Shown piece by piece: positions 51,100-59,805 of a stretch of DNA of 64,000 bases (its first letter is position 1; each line of letters opens with the position of its first letter). The notes below the pieces were generated by a model. It made no database searches and had not been told where the DNA came from. It was given only the letters and a program-made list of their open reading frames with translations. Where the stretch lies: the NCBI RefSeq assembly GCF_002729955.1, contig NZ_PBYA01000033.1, forward strand, positions 5,494 to 69,493. The letters are read 5' to 3'. Made by a program: the position numbers and the translations under genes. Origin of the DNA: Salinisphaera sp. GTDB taxonomy: Bacteria > Pseudomonadota > Gammaproteobacteria > Nevskiales > Salinisphaeraceae.

Positions 51100-52158
51100 T
51101 CAGCGCTGCAGGTACTGTTCGAACACGTGGCTCCAGCGGCCGAACCAGTCGCCGAACGGCCGGTCCAGGGCGTCGCAGTAATCGGCACAGATCTGTTCCA
51201 GCCGCTCGGGATCGGCGGCGAGTTCCTCGATCACCAGCCAGTGGTTCCAGGCCGGATGCAGATCCCAGCCGGGGCGTTCGACTTCGCAGTTGGGCAGGCG
51301 GTAATGCAGTGTCGGCCGGGCCTTGATCAGCCCGTCGGACACGGCCTCGCGTACGCGCGGCTCGTCGAGGTGGGCGAACACGGGCAGCATGTCGAGCGCA
51401 CGGTTGCGGCTGGCGTTCTCGGCCAGATAATCGTCGATGAGCTGTTCGCGGGTGGGCGCGTAGTCCGGATCGCAGATCTGGCGCACATAGGCCTTGGTGT
51501 AGGGCTGGATATACGGAAACACGCGCCGGCTGATATCGATTTCGCTGACCCGCTTGAGCCAGTCGAAGGCCACCGCGAAGGCACGCATATAGTCCAGCAG
51601 GGTTTCGGTTTCGAGATCCGGCAGTTCCGGGTTCAGGTGCAGGCCGAAGGCATAGATCGCCGACTGGCTGGTGCCGCGGGCGCCGGCTTCGCGCAGGGCC
51701 GAGATCAAGGCGTTGATGGCATGCAGTTCGCTGATCGCAATCGGCGGGCCCACGATCTCGAAGGGCACGACGCGCTTGGCCACCGCGCCCAGCATGTCTT
51801 CGGAGACGCGTTCGATCTCCTCAAGCAGGCCGGGCTGGCTTTCACGCCGGCCGCGTTCCTTGAGAAAGGCGTAGTCGAGTTCGAGGGCGAAATCGCCCAG
51901 CGGGGTATTCGCCACAGTGTATTCGTACGCGCTGTGCGGGCGAATTTCGCCGCCCAGCGTACTGCGTACGATCTCGCTGATGCGCTCGATCGACAGCCCC
52001 GTAAACTCAAGTTCCACGCCTACACGGCGTTCAACGTTCGATGCCGTATGGCGGCGTGATGGCAGGCGCAGCGGGGCCTGTGCCGCGGCGGCGTCGATCT
52101 TGGTCATTGTATAGTGCAACGCAGCATAATCGAGAAACGCTGAAAGCATGCCATCCAT
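51100..52158 (-). CDS. putative amidoligase (Amidoligase_2 / glutamine-synthetase-like fold) family protein
   Basis: 352 aa. RVGVELEFTG... and the overall layout match the uncharacterised amidoligase family. An 8-nt gap separates it from the downstream amidotransferase. The start is uncertain (ATG 52158 or 52107; neither has a clear SD). Confidence 0.65.
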   Translation of the reverse strand: MDGMLSAFLDYAALHYTMTKIDAAAAQAPLRLPSRRHTASNVERRVGVELEFTGLSIERISEIVRSTLGGEIRPHSAYEYTVANTPLGDFALELDYAFLKERGRRESQPGLLEEIERVSEDMLGAVAKRVVPFEIVGPPIAISELHAINALISALREAGARGTSQSAIYAFGLHLNPELPDLETETLLDYMRAFAVAFDWLKRVSEIDISRRVFPYIQPYTKAYVRQICDPDYAPTREQLIDDYLAENASRNRALDMLPVFAHLDEPRVREAVSDGLIKARPTLHYRLPNCEVERPGWDLHPAWNHWLVIEELAADPERLEQICADYCDALDRPFGDWFGRWSHVFEQYLQR

Positions 52159-52247
52159 GCCGAAGAACGACTAGTTGTCTCGCCTCGAAATGCGGGCGTA
52201 GTATCGGTTTCAGACCGTATTCACCGAGCTATTTCAAGGAGCGCCTT

Positions 52248-54938
52248 ATGGCCCAGGCGAGCCCGCACCCCGAGCACGCCGACGACGTCGAAGACGTCGA
52301 TCCGCAGGAATCCGCCGAGTGGCGCGATGCGCTCGACGCCGTCATCGAAATCGAAGGCCCCGAACGGGCCCATTATTTGCTGGAAATGCTCATCGAGCGT
52401 TCCCGTCGTTCGGGTGCCTATATTCCGTATTCGCCGAATACGGCCTATATCAACACCATTCCGCCGCATCTGGAAGAACGTTCGCCGGGCGATCCGGCCA
52501 TCGAGTGGCGGATTCGCTCGATCATCCGCTGGAATGCGATGGCCATGGTCGTCCAGGCCAATCGTCACCACGAAGGCGTGGGCGGGCATATCGCCAGCTA
52601 TGCCTCGGCGGCCACGCTCTATGAAGTGGGCTTCAACCATTTCTGGCATGCCCCCAGTGAAGATCACGGCGGCGATCTGGTCTATATCCAGGGCCATTCT
52701 GCGCCGGGCATCTATGCGCGATCCTATCTCGAAGGCCGCATCAACGAAGATCAGCTCTACAACTTCCGCGCCGAATCCACCGGCAAGGGCCTGTCGAGCT
52801 ATCCGCATGCCTGGCTGATGCCGGACTACTGGCAGTTCGCGACCGTGTCGATGGGTATCGGCCCGATCAACGCGATCTACCAGGCGCGCTTCATGCGCTA
52901 CATGCAGAACCGCGGCGTACAGGACAACGAAGGCCGCCACGTGTGGTGCTTCTGCGGCGACGGCGAAATGGACGAGCCCGAATCCATGGGCGCCATCGAT
53001 ATCGCCGCGCGTGAAGGCCTGGACAACCTGATTTTCGTGGTCAACTGCAACCTGCAGCGCCTTGATGGCCCGGTACGCGGCGACTCCAAGATCATCAACG
53101 AACTCGAAGGCGCCTTCCGCGGTGCCGGCTGGAACGTGATCAAGGTCATCTGGGGCGCACTCTGGGACGGCCTGCTCGCCCAGGATCACGACGGCAAGCT
53201 CATCGAACTGATGAACGAAACCGTCGACGGTGAATACCAGGCCTTCAAGGCCAACGGCGGCGACTACACCCGCGAGAACTTCTTCGGCAAGTATCCGGAG
53301 CTCAAGGAAATGGTCGCCTCCATGTCCGACGAGGACATCCGCCGCCTCAACCGCGGCGGCCACGACCCGCACAAGGTGTTTGCCGCTTATCACGCAGCGG
53401 TGAACCAGAAGAACGGGCGCCCGACCGTGATCCTGGCCAAGACGGTCAAGGGTTATGGCATGGGCGAGGCCGGCGAAGGCCAGAACATCACCCATCAGCA
53501 GAAGAAGATGGGTGAGGACGCGCTTAAGGAATTCCGCGATCGCTTCGAAATTCCGGTCGACGACGACCGAATCGCCGATGCGCCCTTCTACAAGCCGGAC
53601 GAAGACTCCGAGGAGATGAAGTATCTCCAGGCGCGTCGCAAGGAACTCGGCGGCTATCTGCCGCAGCGGCGTACCCAGGGCGACAAGCTCGAAATCCCCG
53701 AGCTGAGCGCTTTCGACAAGCTGTTGCAGGGCTCCGGCGATCGCGAGATGGCCACCACCATGGTGTTCACGCGCATCCTGCAGATCCTCACCCGCGACAA
53801 GAACATCAAGGACCGCGTCGTCCCGATCATTCCGGACGAGGCGCGCACCTTCGGCATGGAAGGCATGTTCCGCAGCCTGGGTATCTACTCGCCGGTGGGC
53901 CAGCTGTTCGTACCCGAGGATTCGGACCAGCTCGCCTTCTACAAGGAATCGGTCAAGGGCCAGATCCTCGAGGAAGGCATCACCGAAGCCGGCGCCATGT
54001 CGTCGTTCATCGCGGCGGCCACGGCCTACTCGAATCACGGCAAGACGATGATTCCGTTCTATGCCTTCTATTCGATGTTCGGCTTCCAGCGCGTGGGCGA
54101 CTTCTGCTGGGCGGCTGGCGACATGCGTGCCCGCGGCTTTTTGCTGGGCGGCACCGCCGGACGAACCACCATCAACGGCGAAGGCCTGCAGCACCAGGAC
54201 GGCCATTCGCATGTGCTGTTCGACTGCGTGCCCAACTGCCGTGCCTATGATCCGACCTTCTCCTACGAGATGGCCGTAATCATGCATCGAGGGCTGGTGG
54301 AGATGTTCGAAGAACAGCGCGACGTCTACTACTACCTCACGATGATGAACGAAAACTACGCGCATCCGCCGATGCCGGAAGGCGTGGAAGACGACATCAT
54401 TGCCGGCATGTACCAGTTCTCGCAGTCGGGCGCCGACAAGGAGCTGCAGGTCAATCTGCTGGGTTCCGGCACGATCCTCAACGAAGTGATTGCCGCGGCC
54501 GAGATGCTCGAAAACGAGTTCGAGGTGGGCACCACGGTATGGAGCGCGCCGAGCTTCACCCAGCTCAAGCGTGACGGCGCCTCCGTGGAGCGCTGGAACA
54601 TGCTGCATCCGGAGGAAGAGCCCAAGCAGAGCTTCGTGGCGAAGAAGTTCGCCGATGCCAAGGGCCCGGCCATCGCCGCCACCGACTATGTCCGCGGCCT
54701 GCCGGAAATGATCCGTCCCTATCTGCCGGTCGCGTATCACACGCTCGGCACCGACGGGTACGGCCGCTCGGATACGCGCGAAGCGCTGCGCGAGTTCTTC
54801 GAGGTGGACCGGCGCTGGATCACCGTCTGTGCCCTCAAGGCCCTGGCCGACGAAGGCAAGATCGAGCGCAAGGTCGTTGGCGAAGCCATCCGCAAGTACG
54901 GCATCGACCCCGACAAGCCGGAGCCGATCACGCACTGA
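52248..54938 (+). CDS. aceE: pyruvate dehydrogenase E1 component (homodimeric type)
   Basis: Start trimmed to ATG 52248 (AAGGAG SD): MAQASPHPEHADDVEDVDPQESAEWRDALDAVIEIEGPERAHYLLEML. Full-length AceE with the ThDP motif (GDGEMDEPES...NCNLQRLDG). Confidence 0.97.
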   Translation: MAQASPHPEHADDVEDVDPQESAEWRDALDAVIEIEGPERAHYLLEMLIERSRRSGAYIPYSPNTAYINTIPPHLEERSPGDPAIEWRIRSIIRWNAMAMVVQANRHHEGVGGHIASYASAATLYEVGFNHFWHAPSEDHGGDLVYIQGHSAPGIYARSYLEGRINEDQLYNFRAESTGKGLSSYPHAWLMPDYWQFATVSMGIGPINAIYQARFMRYMQNRGVQDNEGRHVWCFCGDGEMDEPESMGAIDIAAREGLDNLIFVVNCNLQRLDGPVRGDSKIINELEGAFRGAGWNVIKVIWGALWDGLLAQDHDGKLIELMNETVDGEYQAFKANGGDYTRENFFGKYPELKEMVASMSDEDIRRLNRGGHDPHKVFAAYHAAVNQKNGRPTVILAKTVKGYGMGEAGEGQNITHQQKKMGEDALKEFRDRFEIPVDDDRIADAPFYKPDEDSEEMKYLQARRKELGGYLPQRRTQGDKLEIPELSAFDKLLQGSGDREMATTMVFTRILQILTRDKNIKDRVVPIIPDEARTFGMEGMFRSLGIYSPVGQLFVPEDSDQLAFYKESVKGQILEEGITEAGAMSSFIAAATAYSNHGKTMIPFYAFYSMFGFQRVGDFCWAAGDMRARGFLLGGTAGRTTINGEGLQHQDGHSHVLFDCVPNCRAYDPTFSYEMAVIMHRGLVEMFEEQRDVYYYLTMMNENYAHPPMPEGVEDDIIAGMYQFSQSGADKELQVNLLGSGTILNEVIAAAEMLENEFEVGTTVWSAPSFTQLKRDGASVERWNMLHPEEEPKQSFVAKKFADAKGPAIAATDYVRGLPEMIRPYLPVAYHTLGTDGYGRSDTREALREFFEVDRRWITVCALKALADEGKIERKVVGEAIRKYGIDPDKPEPITH

Positions 54939-55019
54939 TCGGTTTTACGGCCGGGCAGGCAGCAACGATAGACACGGCGCAGCGGCGAGCCGCTGCGCCA
55001 GCAGCCAAGGAAACGCTTT

Positions 55020-56828
55020 ATGGCGGCGCAGGAAATCAAGGTCCCGGATATCGGCGACTTCGACTCGGTCGAAGTCATCGAGGTACTGGTATCCAAGGGC
55101 GACACGATCGAGCAGGAACAGCCGATCATCACCCTCGAATCCGACAAGGCGACCCTCGAGGTGCCTTCCACCATTGCCGGCAAGATCACCGAAATGAAGG
55201 TTTCGGAAGGCGATACCGTCTCCGAAGGCGACGTGATCGCGCTCGTGGAAGCCGCTGAAGACGACGACGACTCGGACGACGAGGGCGAGGACGACGCCTC
55301 CGACCAAGGCGAGAGCGACGAATCTGATGCCGAAGAGGACGACTCGGAGGCGGATGACGACGACAGCGAAGACGCCGACGAGGATGACGAGGACGACGGT
55401 GAAGAAGACGACGGCGACGATGAAGACGCCGGCGGTCAGACCATCGAGGTAAAAGTCCCCGATATCGGCGATTTCGACTCGGTGGAAGTCATCGAGGTGC
55501 TGGTCTCCGAGGGCGATGAGGTCGAGGAAGAACAGCCGCTCATCACGCTGGAATCCGACAAGGCCACGCTGGAAGTGCCCTCGTCCGCGGCCGGCAAGAT
55601 CACCGAACTGAAGGTCTCGGAAGGCGATACCGTCTCCGAAGGCGACGTGATCGCCCTGCTGCAAGGCGCAGGCGGCAAGTCCGGCGGCGACAAGAAGAAG
55701 TCGTCCAAGCAGGACAAGGCGTCGAGCAAGCAATCCGGCGACGACGACCGCGCCAAGAAGGATAAGAAGTCGGACAAGAAAGACGACAAGGCCGACAAGA
55801 AAAAGGCCGAAGACAAGTCGTCGAAGAAAGAGCCGGCATCGAACAAGCAGATGCCCAAGGACAGCGGCGATTCCTCCAAGCTGGACAAGGTCGACGAAGA
55901 ACGCTTCGGCAAGGCCCACGCCTCGCCCAGCGTGCGCAAATATGCACGTGAACTCGGCGCCGATCTCGGCCGCGTGGAAGGCTCGGGCCGCAAGGGCCGG
56001 ATCACCTTCGAGGACGTTCAGTCCTATGTGAAGCAGGCCCTGTCGCAGAGCCAGAGCGGCGCTTCAGCCGCGGCCCCGGCCGGCGGTGGCGGCGGCGTGC
56101 CCGCCCAGCCGGATATCGACTTCAGCCAGTTCGGCGAAGTCGAAATTACCGAGCTGTCGCGTATCCGCAAGATCTCGGCCAAGGCGGTACACAAGAACTG
56201 GCTGCTCATTCCGCATGTCACCCAGTTCGACAACGCCGATATCACCGATCTGGAAGAATTCCGCCAGGCCAACAAGGAAAAGGCCAAGGCCGAAGGCGTC
56301 AAGCTCACGCCGCTGGCCTTCCTGCTCAAGGCCTCGGCGGCTGCGCTCAAGGCCTTCCCGGACCTCAACAGCTCGCTCACGGCCGACGGCGAGTCGCTGG
56401 TGCACAAGAAGTACGTGAACATCGCCGTGGCGGTGGATACACCCAACGGCCTGCTCATGCCGGTGATCAAGGATGTCGACAAGAAAGGCATCTACGACAT
56501 CGCCCGCGACCTGGACGACGTCTCCGGGCGTGCCCGCGAAGGCAAGATCAAGGGCGACGACATGAAAGGCGCCTGCTTCTCGATCTCGAGCCTCGGCGGT
56601 GTCGGCGGTACGGCCTTCACGCCGATCGTGAACTCGCCGGAGGTCGGCATCTTGGGCGTGTCCAAGCACAGCTGGCAGCCGGTCTGGAACGGCTCCGAGT
56701 TCGTACCGCGGCTGATCCTGCCGCTGTCGTTCTCCTACGATCACCGCGTGATCGACGGCGCCAAGGCGGCACGGATTACCGGCTTTATCAGCGAGAAGTT
56801 GTCGGACCTTCGCACCTTATTGCTATAG
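55020..56828 (+). CDS. aceF: dihydrolipoyllysine-residue acetyltransferase (PDH E2) with two lipoyl domains
   Basis: 602 aa. Two lipoyl domains (ESDKATLEVPS twice), a PSBD (ASPSVRKYARELGADL) and a catalytic domain (SFSYDHRVIDGA). The linkers are poly-acidic and Lys-rich rather than Ala/Pro-rich. Confidence 0.96.
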   Translation: MAAQEIKVPDIGDFDSVEVIEVLVSKGDTIEQEQPIITLESDKATLEVPSTIAGKITEMKVSEGDTVSEGDVIALVEAAEDDDDSDDEGEDDASDQGESDESDAEEDDSEADDDDSEDADEDDEDDGEEDDGDDEDAGGQTIEVKVPDIGDFDSVEVIEVLVSEGDEVEEEQPLITLESDKATLEVPSSAAGKITELKVSEGDTVSEGDVIALLQGAGGKSGGDKKKSSKQDKASSKQSGDDDRAKKDKKSDKKDDKADKKKAEDKSSKKEPASNKQMPKDSGDSSKLDKVDEERFGKAHASPSVRKYARELGADLGRVEGSGRKGRITFEDVQSYVKQALSQSQSGASAAAPAGGGGGVPAQPDIDFSQFGEVEITELSRIRKISAKAVHKNWLLIPHVTQFDNADITDLEEFRQANKEKAKAEGVKLTPLAFLLKASAAALKAFPDLNSSLTADGESLVHKKYVNIAVAVDTPNGLLMPVIKDVDKKGIYDIARDLDDVSGRAREGKIKGDDMKGACFSISSLGGVGGTAFTPIVNSPEVGILGVSKHSWQPVWNGSEFVPRLILPLSFSYDHRVIDGAKAARITGFISEKLSDLRTLLL

Positions 56829-56885
56829 AAAGGACGCGCGGCCCGTGTTCTGGCTCGATCACGCATGGGTAAAGAGGAATTGATA

Positions 56886-57140
56886 ATGGCGCGATCGGTA
56901 GAGGACATCGAAAAAGATATCGACGCCCTGAGCGCCGAGGATCAGCAGCGAGTGTTGCAGCATCTGGTTGCCGAACTCGACCAACGGTCGCAGCCAGTGG
57001 CGCCTCGCGACAATATAGAAGCGGCTTGGCTGGCGGAGTGCGAGCGGCGATACGAGGAACTTGCAAGCGGCGAAGTTGAAGCCATACCCCTGGAAAAGGT
57101 TATGGCGGACCTTCGCCGCCGGCACGGTCGTGCAGATTGA
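56886..57140 (+). CDS. type II antitoxin, 'putative addiction module component' family
   Basis: The second ATG (AGAGGA SD 8 nt upstream) gives MARSVEDIEKDIDALSAEDQQRVLQHLVAEL...AAWLAECERRYEELASGEVEAIPLEKVMADLRRRHG. This is the characteristic AW..E..RR...l.sG pattern. It overlaps the toxin gene. Confidence 0.75.
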   Translation: MARSVEDIEKDIDALSAEDQQRVLQHLVAELDQRSQPVAPRDNIEAAWLAECERRYEELASGEVEAIPLEKVMADLRRRHGRAD

Positions 57141-57426
57141 ATTTCTGCGAGCGGCTCGCGCCGAGGCTAGGGAACAGGCGGCGTACTACCAGGAAATAGA
57201 GGCCGGGTTGGATGAATGCTTCATCGATGAGTTGGACCGCATACTGGCGCTGCTGTCTGCGTATCCTGCTATCGGGCAACGGATCGCCGAAGATGTGCGT
57301 CGGCTGGACCTTACCGGCTTTCCCCACGCGGTTGTCTATCGATTGGAACAAGGCCGCTTGCTGATTCTCGCAATCAGCCATCACAGGCGTCGCCCCGGCT
57401 ACTGGCGCGGGCGACTTTCGAACTAG
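57130..57426 (+). CDS. type II toxin, ParE/RelE superfamily (plasmid stabilisation protein-like)
   Basis: The GTG at 57130 overlaps the antitoxin stop by 11 nt. VQIEFLRAARAEAREQAAYYQEI...PAIGQRIAEDVRRLDLTGFPHAVVYRLEQGRLLILAISHHRRRPGYW fits the ParE fold pattern. The exact start is uncertain. Confidence 0.7.
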   Translation: MQIEFLRAARAEAREQAAYYQEIEAGLDECFIDELDRILALLSAYPAIGQRIAEDVRRLDLTGFPHAVVYRLEQGRLLILAISHHRRRPGYWRGRLSN

Positions 57427-57494
57427 GGACGAGCAAAGACCGTCGACGAACTACGACACAAGCCGGTCGACGCCGGCTAAGGCACGGAAACACC

Positions 57495-59387
57495 ATGGCA
57501 CAGGAAATCAAAGTCCCCGACATCGGCGATTTCGACTCCGTCGAAATCATCGAAGTGCTCGTCGCCGAGGGCGACACGGTCGAGGAAGAACAGCCGCTCA
57601 TCACGCTGGAATCCGACAAGGCCACCCTCGAAGTGCCGTCCACGGTGGCCGGCAAGATCACCGAACTGAAAGTCTCGGAAGGCGATACCGTCTCCGAAGG
57701 CGACGTGATCGCGCTTATCGAAGCCGCCGATGAAGACGGCGGCGACGATGAAGGCGACGACGATTCGGACGACGCTGATGCGGAAGACAGCAACGACGAA
57801 TCCGAAAGCGACGACGACAAGGAGGAGGATGCCAAGTCGGCTAAATCCGACAAGTCCGACGACAAGAAATCGTCTTCAAAATCCGATAAGCGGTCCGCGT
57901 CCAAGGACAAATCGGCCGACAAGAAACAGTCGTCCGACGCCAAGCAGTCGAAAGACAAGGCCAAAAAGCCCGCCGGCGGTGATCACGACTACGATTGCGA
58001 CGTGCTGGTGCTCGGCTCCGGCCCCGGCGGCTACACCGCCGCCTTCCGCGCGGCCGACATGGGCCTGAACGTCACCCTCGTTGAACGCCACAACGTGCTC
58101 GGCGGCGTCTGCCTCAACGTGGGCTGTATTCCGTCCAAGGCGCTGTTGCACTCGGCCAAGGTGATTGAAGACGCCGCCAACATGGCCAGCCACGGTGTGA
58201 CCTTCGGCAAGCCCGAGATCGATCTGCCCAAGCTGCTCGACTACAAGCAGTCCGTCATCGACCAGCTCACCGGCGGCCTCAAGTCCATGGCCTCCAAGCG
58301 CAAGGTGAATATCGTCAACGGCACCGGCACCTTTGCCGATGCCCATACCCTCAAGATCGAGGGCAACGACGATACCGACCAGATCACCTTCAACAACGCC
58401 ATCATCGCCGTGGGCTCCGAGCCGGTCATGCTCCCCAACCTGCCCGACGACAAGCGCATCTGGGATTCCGAAGCCGCCCTCTCGCCGGACGAAATCCCCG
58501 ACTCCATGCTGCTGATCGGCGGCGGCATCATCGGCGTGGAAATCGCCAACGTCTATGCCGCCCACGGCACCACCGTGGATATCGTCGAGATGACCGATGG
58601 CCTGCTACCCGGTGCCGATCGCGACCTGGTCAAGCCGCTGCACAAGCGCATGGCCAAGCGCTGCGACAATATCTGGCTCAACACCAAGGTCACCGGCGTG
58701 GAAGCCGGCGACAAGCTCACCGTGAGCTTCGAAGGCGACGACGCGCCCAAGTCCAAGGACTACGACCGCGTGCTGGTCGCCATCGGCCGCAAGCCCAACG
58801 GCGCCAAGATCGGCGCGGATGCCGCCGGCGTGAAGGTCGACGATCGTGGCTTCATCGCCATCGACAAGCAGTGCCGCACCAACGTCGACAACATCTTCGC
58901 CATCGGCGACGTCTCCGGCGAACCCCAGCTCGCCCACCGCGCCACCCATCAGGGCAAGGTCGCCGCCGAATGCTGCGCCGGCGAAAAATCCGCCTTCGAT
59001 GCCAAGGTCATCCCCTCCGTCGTCTATACCGACCCGGAAGTCGCCTGGACGGGCGTGACCGAAACCCAGGCCAAGAAAGACGGCATCGAATACACCAAGG
59101 GCGCTTTCCCCTGGGCCGCCAACGGCCGCGCCATCGGCCTGGACGCCACCGACGGCAACACCAAGCTGCTGTTCGGCTCGGATGGCCGCATCATCGGTGC
59201 GGGTGCGGTCGGCAGCGGTGCCGGCGATCTCATCGCCGAAACCTGTCTCGCCATCGAAATGGGCGCGAACGCAGACGACATCGGCCTGACCATCCACCCG
59301 CACCCGACCCTGGCCGAAACGGTCGGCATGGCCGCCGAGGCCGAAGCGGGAACGCTCACGGATTTGTATATTCCGAAGAAGAAATAG
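57495..59387 (+). CDS. lpdA: dihydrolipoyl dehydrogenase (E3) with N-terminal lipoyl domain
   Basis: 630 aa. Lipoyl domain (residues 1-77, ESDKATLEVPS), a ~90-aa charged linker, then E3 (VLVLGSGPGGYTAAFRAA, the redox-active GGVCLNVGCIPSKALL disulfide, and C-terminal HPHPTLAE). Confidence 0.96.
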   Translation: MAQEIKVPDIGDFDSVEIIEVLVAEGDTVEEEQPLITLESDKATLEVPSTVAGKITELKVSEGDTVSEGDVIALIEAADEDGGDDEGDDDSDDADAEDSNDESESDDDKEEDAKSAKSDKSDDKKSSSKSDKRSASKDKSADKKQSSDAKQSKDKAKKPAGGDHDYDCDVLVLGSGPGGYTAAFRAADMGLNVTLVERHNVLGGVCLNVGCIPSKALLHSAKVIEDAANMASHGVTFGKPEIDLPKLLDYKQSVIDQLTGGLKSMASKRKVNIVNGTGTFADAHTLKIEGNDDTDQITFNNAIIAVGSEPVMLPNLPDDKRIWDSEAALSPDEIPDSMLLIGGGIIGVEIANVYAAHGTTVDIVEMTDGLLPGADRDLVKPLHKRMAKRCDNIWLNTKVTGVEAGDKLTVSFEGDDAPKSKDYDRVLVAIGRKPNGAKIGADAAGVKVDDRGFIAIDKQCRTNVDNIFAIGDVSGEPQLAHRATHQGKVAAECCAGEKSAFDAKVIPSVVYTDPEVAWTGVTETQAKKDGIEYTKGAFPWAANGRAIGLDATDGNTKLLFGSDGRIIGAGAVGSGAGDLIAETCLAIEMGANADDIGLTIHPHPTLAETVGMAAEAEAGTLTDLYIPKKK

Positions 59388-59412
59388 CCCGCGACGCGTT
59401 CTTGCGTATCGG

Positions 59413-59436
59413 AAGCCGGCCTTGTGCCGGCTTTTT
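59413..59436 (+). terminator. intrinsic terminator of the PDH operon
   Basis: AAGCCGGC-CTTGT-GCCGGCTT followed by a short T-run. Confidence 0.75.
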
Positions 59437-59805
59437 CCATCTCGGCCGCCCGTATCGAACTTTCGTTACGCACGAACCTCGGCACGCGGGTGGGTTCGCG
59501 TCGCGCGCTCGATAACGACGCCAGCAGCGCCCGGCTCGGCGAATGGCGAACGCACAAAATGCTTGCCCCCAACCAAAAAACGCACGACGTTTTGTCGGCC
59601 GGCGGCCCATTTTGTTTTATTATTCCGCGCTTTGCCGAAGCGCGATCGTGTCGGGACGCCGTATTTACGTGATGTAGAGCGGGCCTGATCGCTCGTTATC
59701 GGCGTGTATTCGTGGTGGTGTTGTGTCGCAAAGCCGGGGCATCTTGGGTGTCGATCGTCGAATTCGCGGAAAGGCAGCGGATACCGGTGCGATGAGCGGC
59801 ATGCG

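Noticed and set aside
54945-55919. 324-aa minus-strand ORF and other ORFs overlapping the aceF linker region
   Set aside because: These are antisense or alternate-frame products of the low-complexity GA-rich linker DNA. aceF in the plus frame has complete lipoyl, PSBD and catalytic domains.
59437-59805. Short ORFs (59422-59688, 59424-59672) and small hairpins in the spacer after the PDH terminator
   Set aside because: They have no RBS, a junk-like composition and overlapping frames. This is most likely the promoter/leader region of the downstream three-gene cluster.
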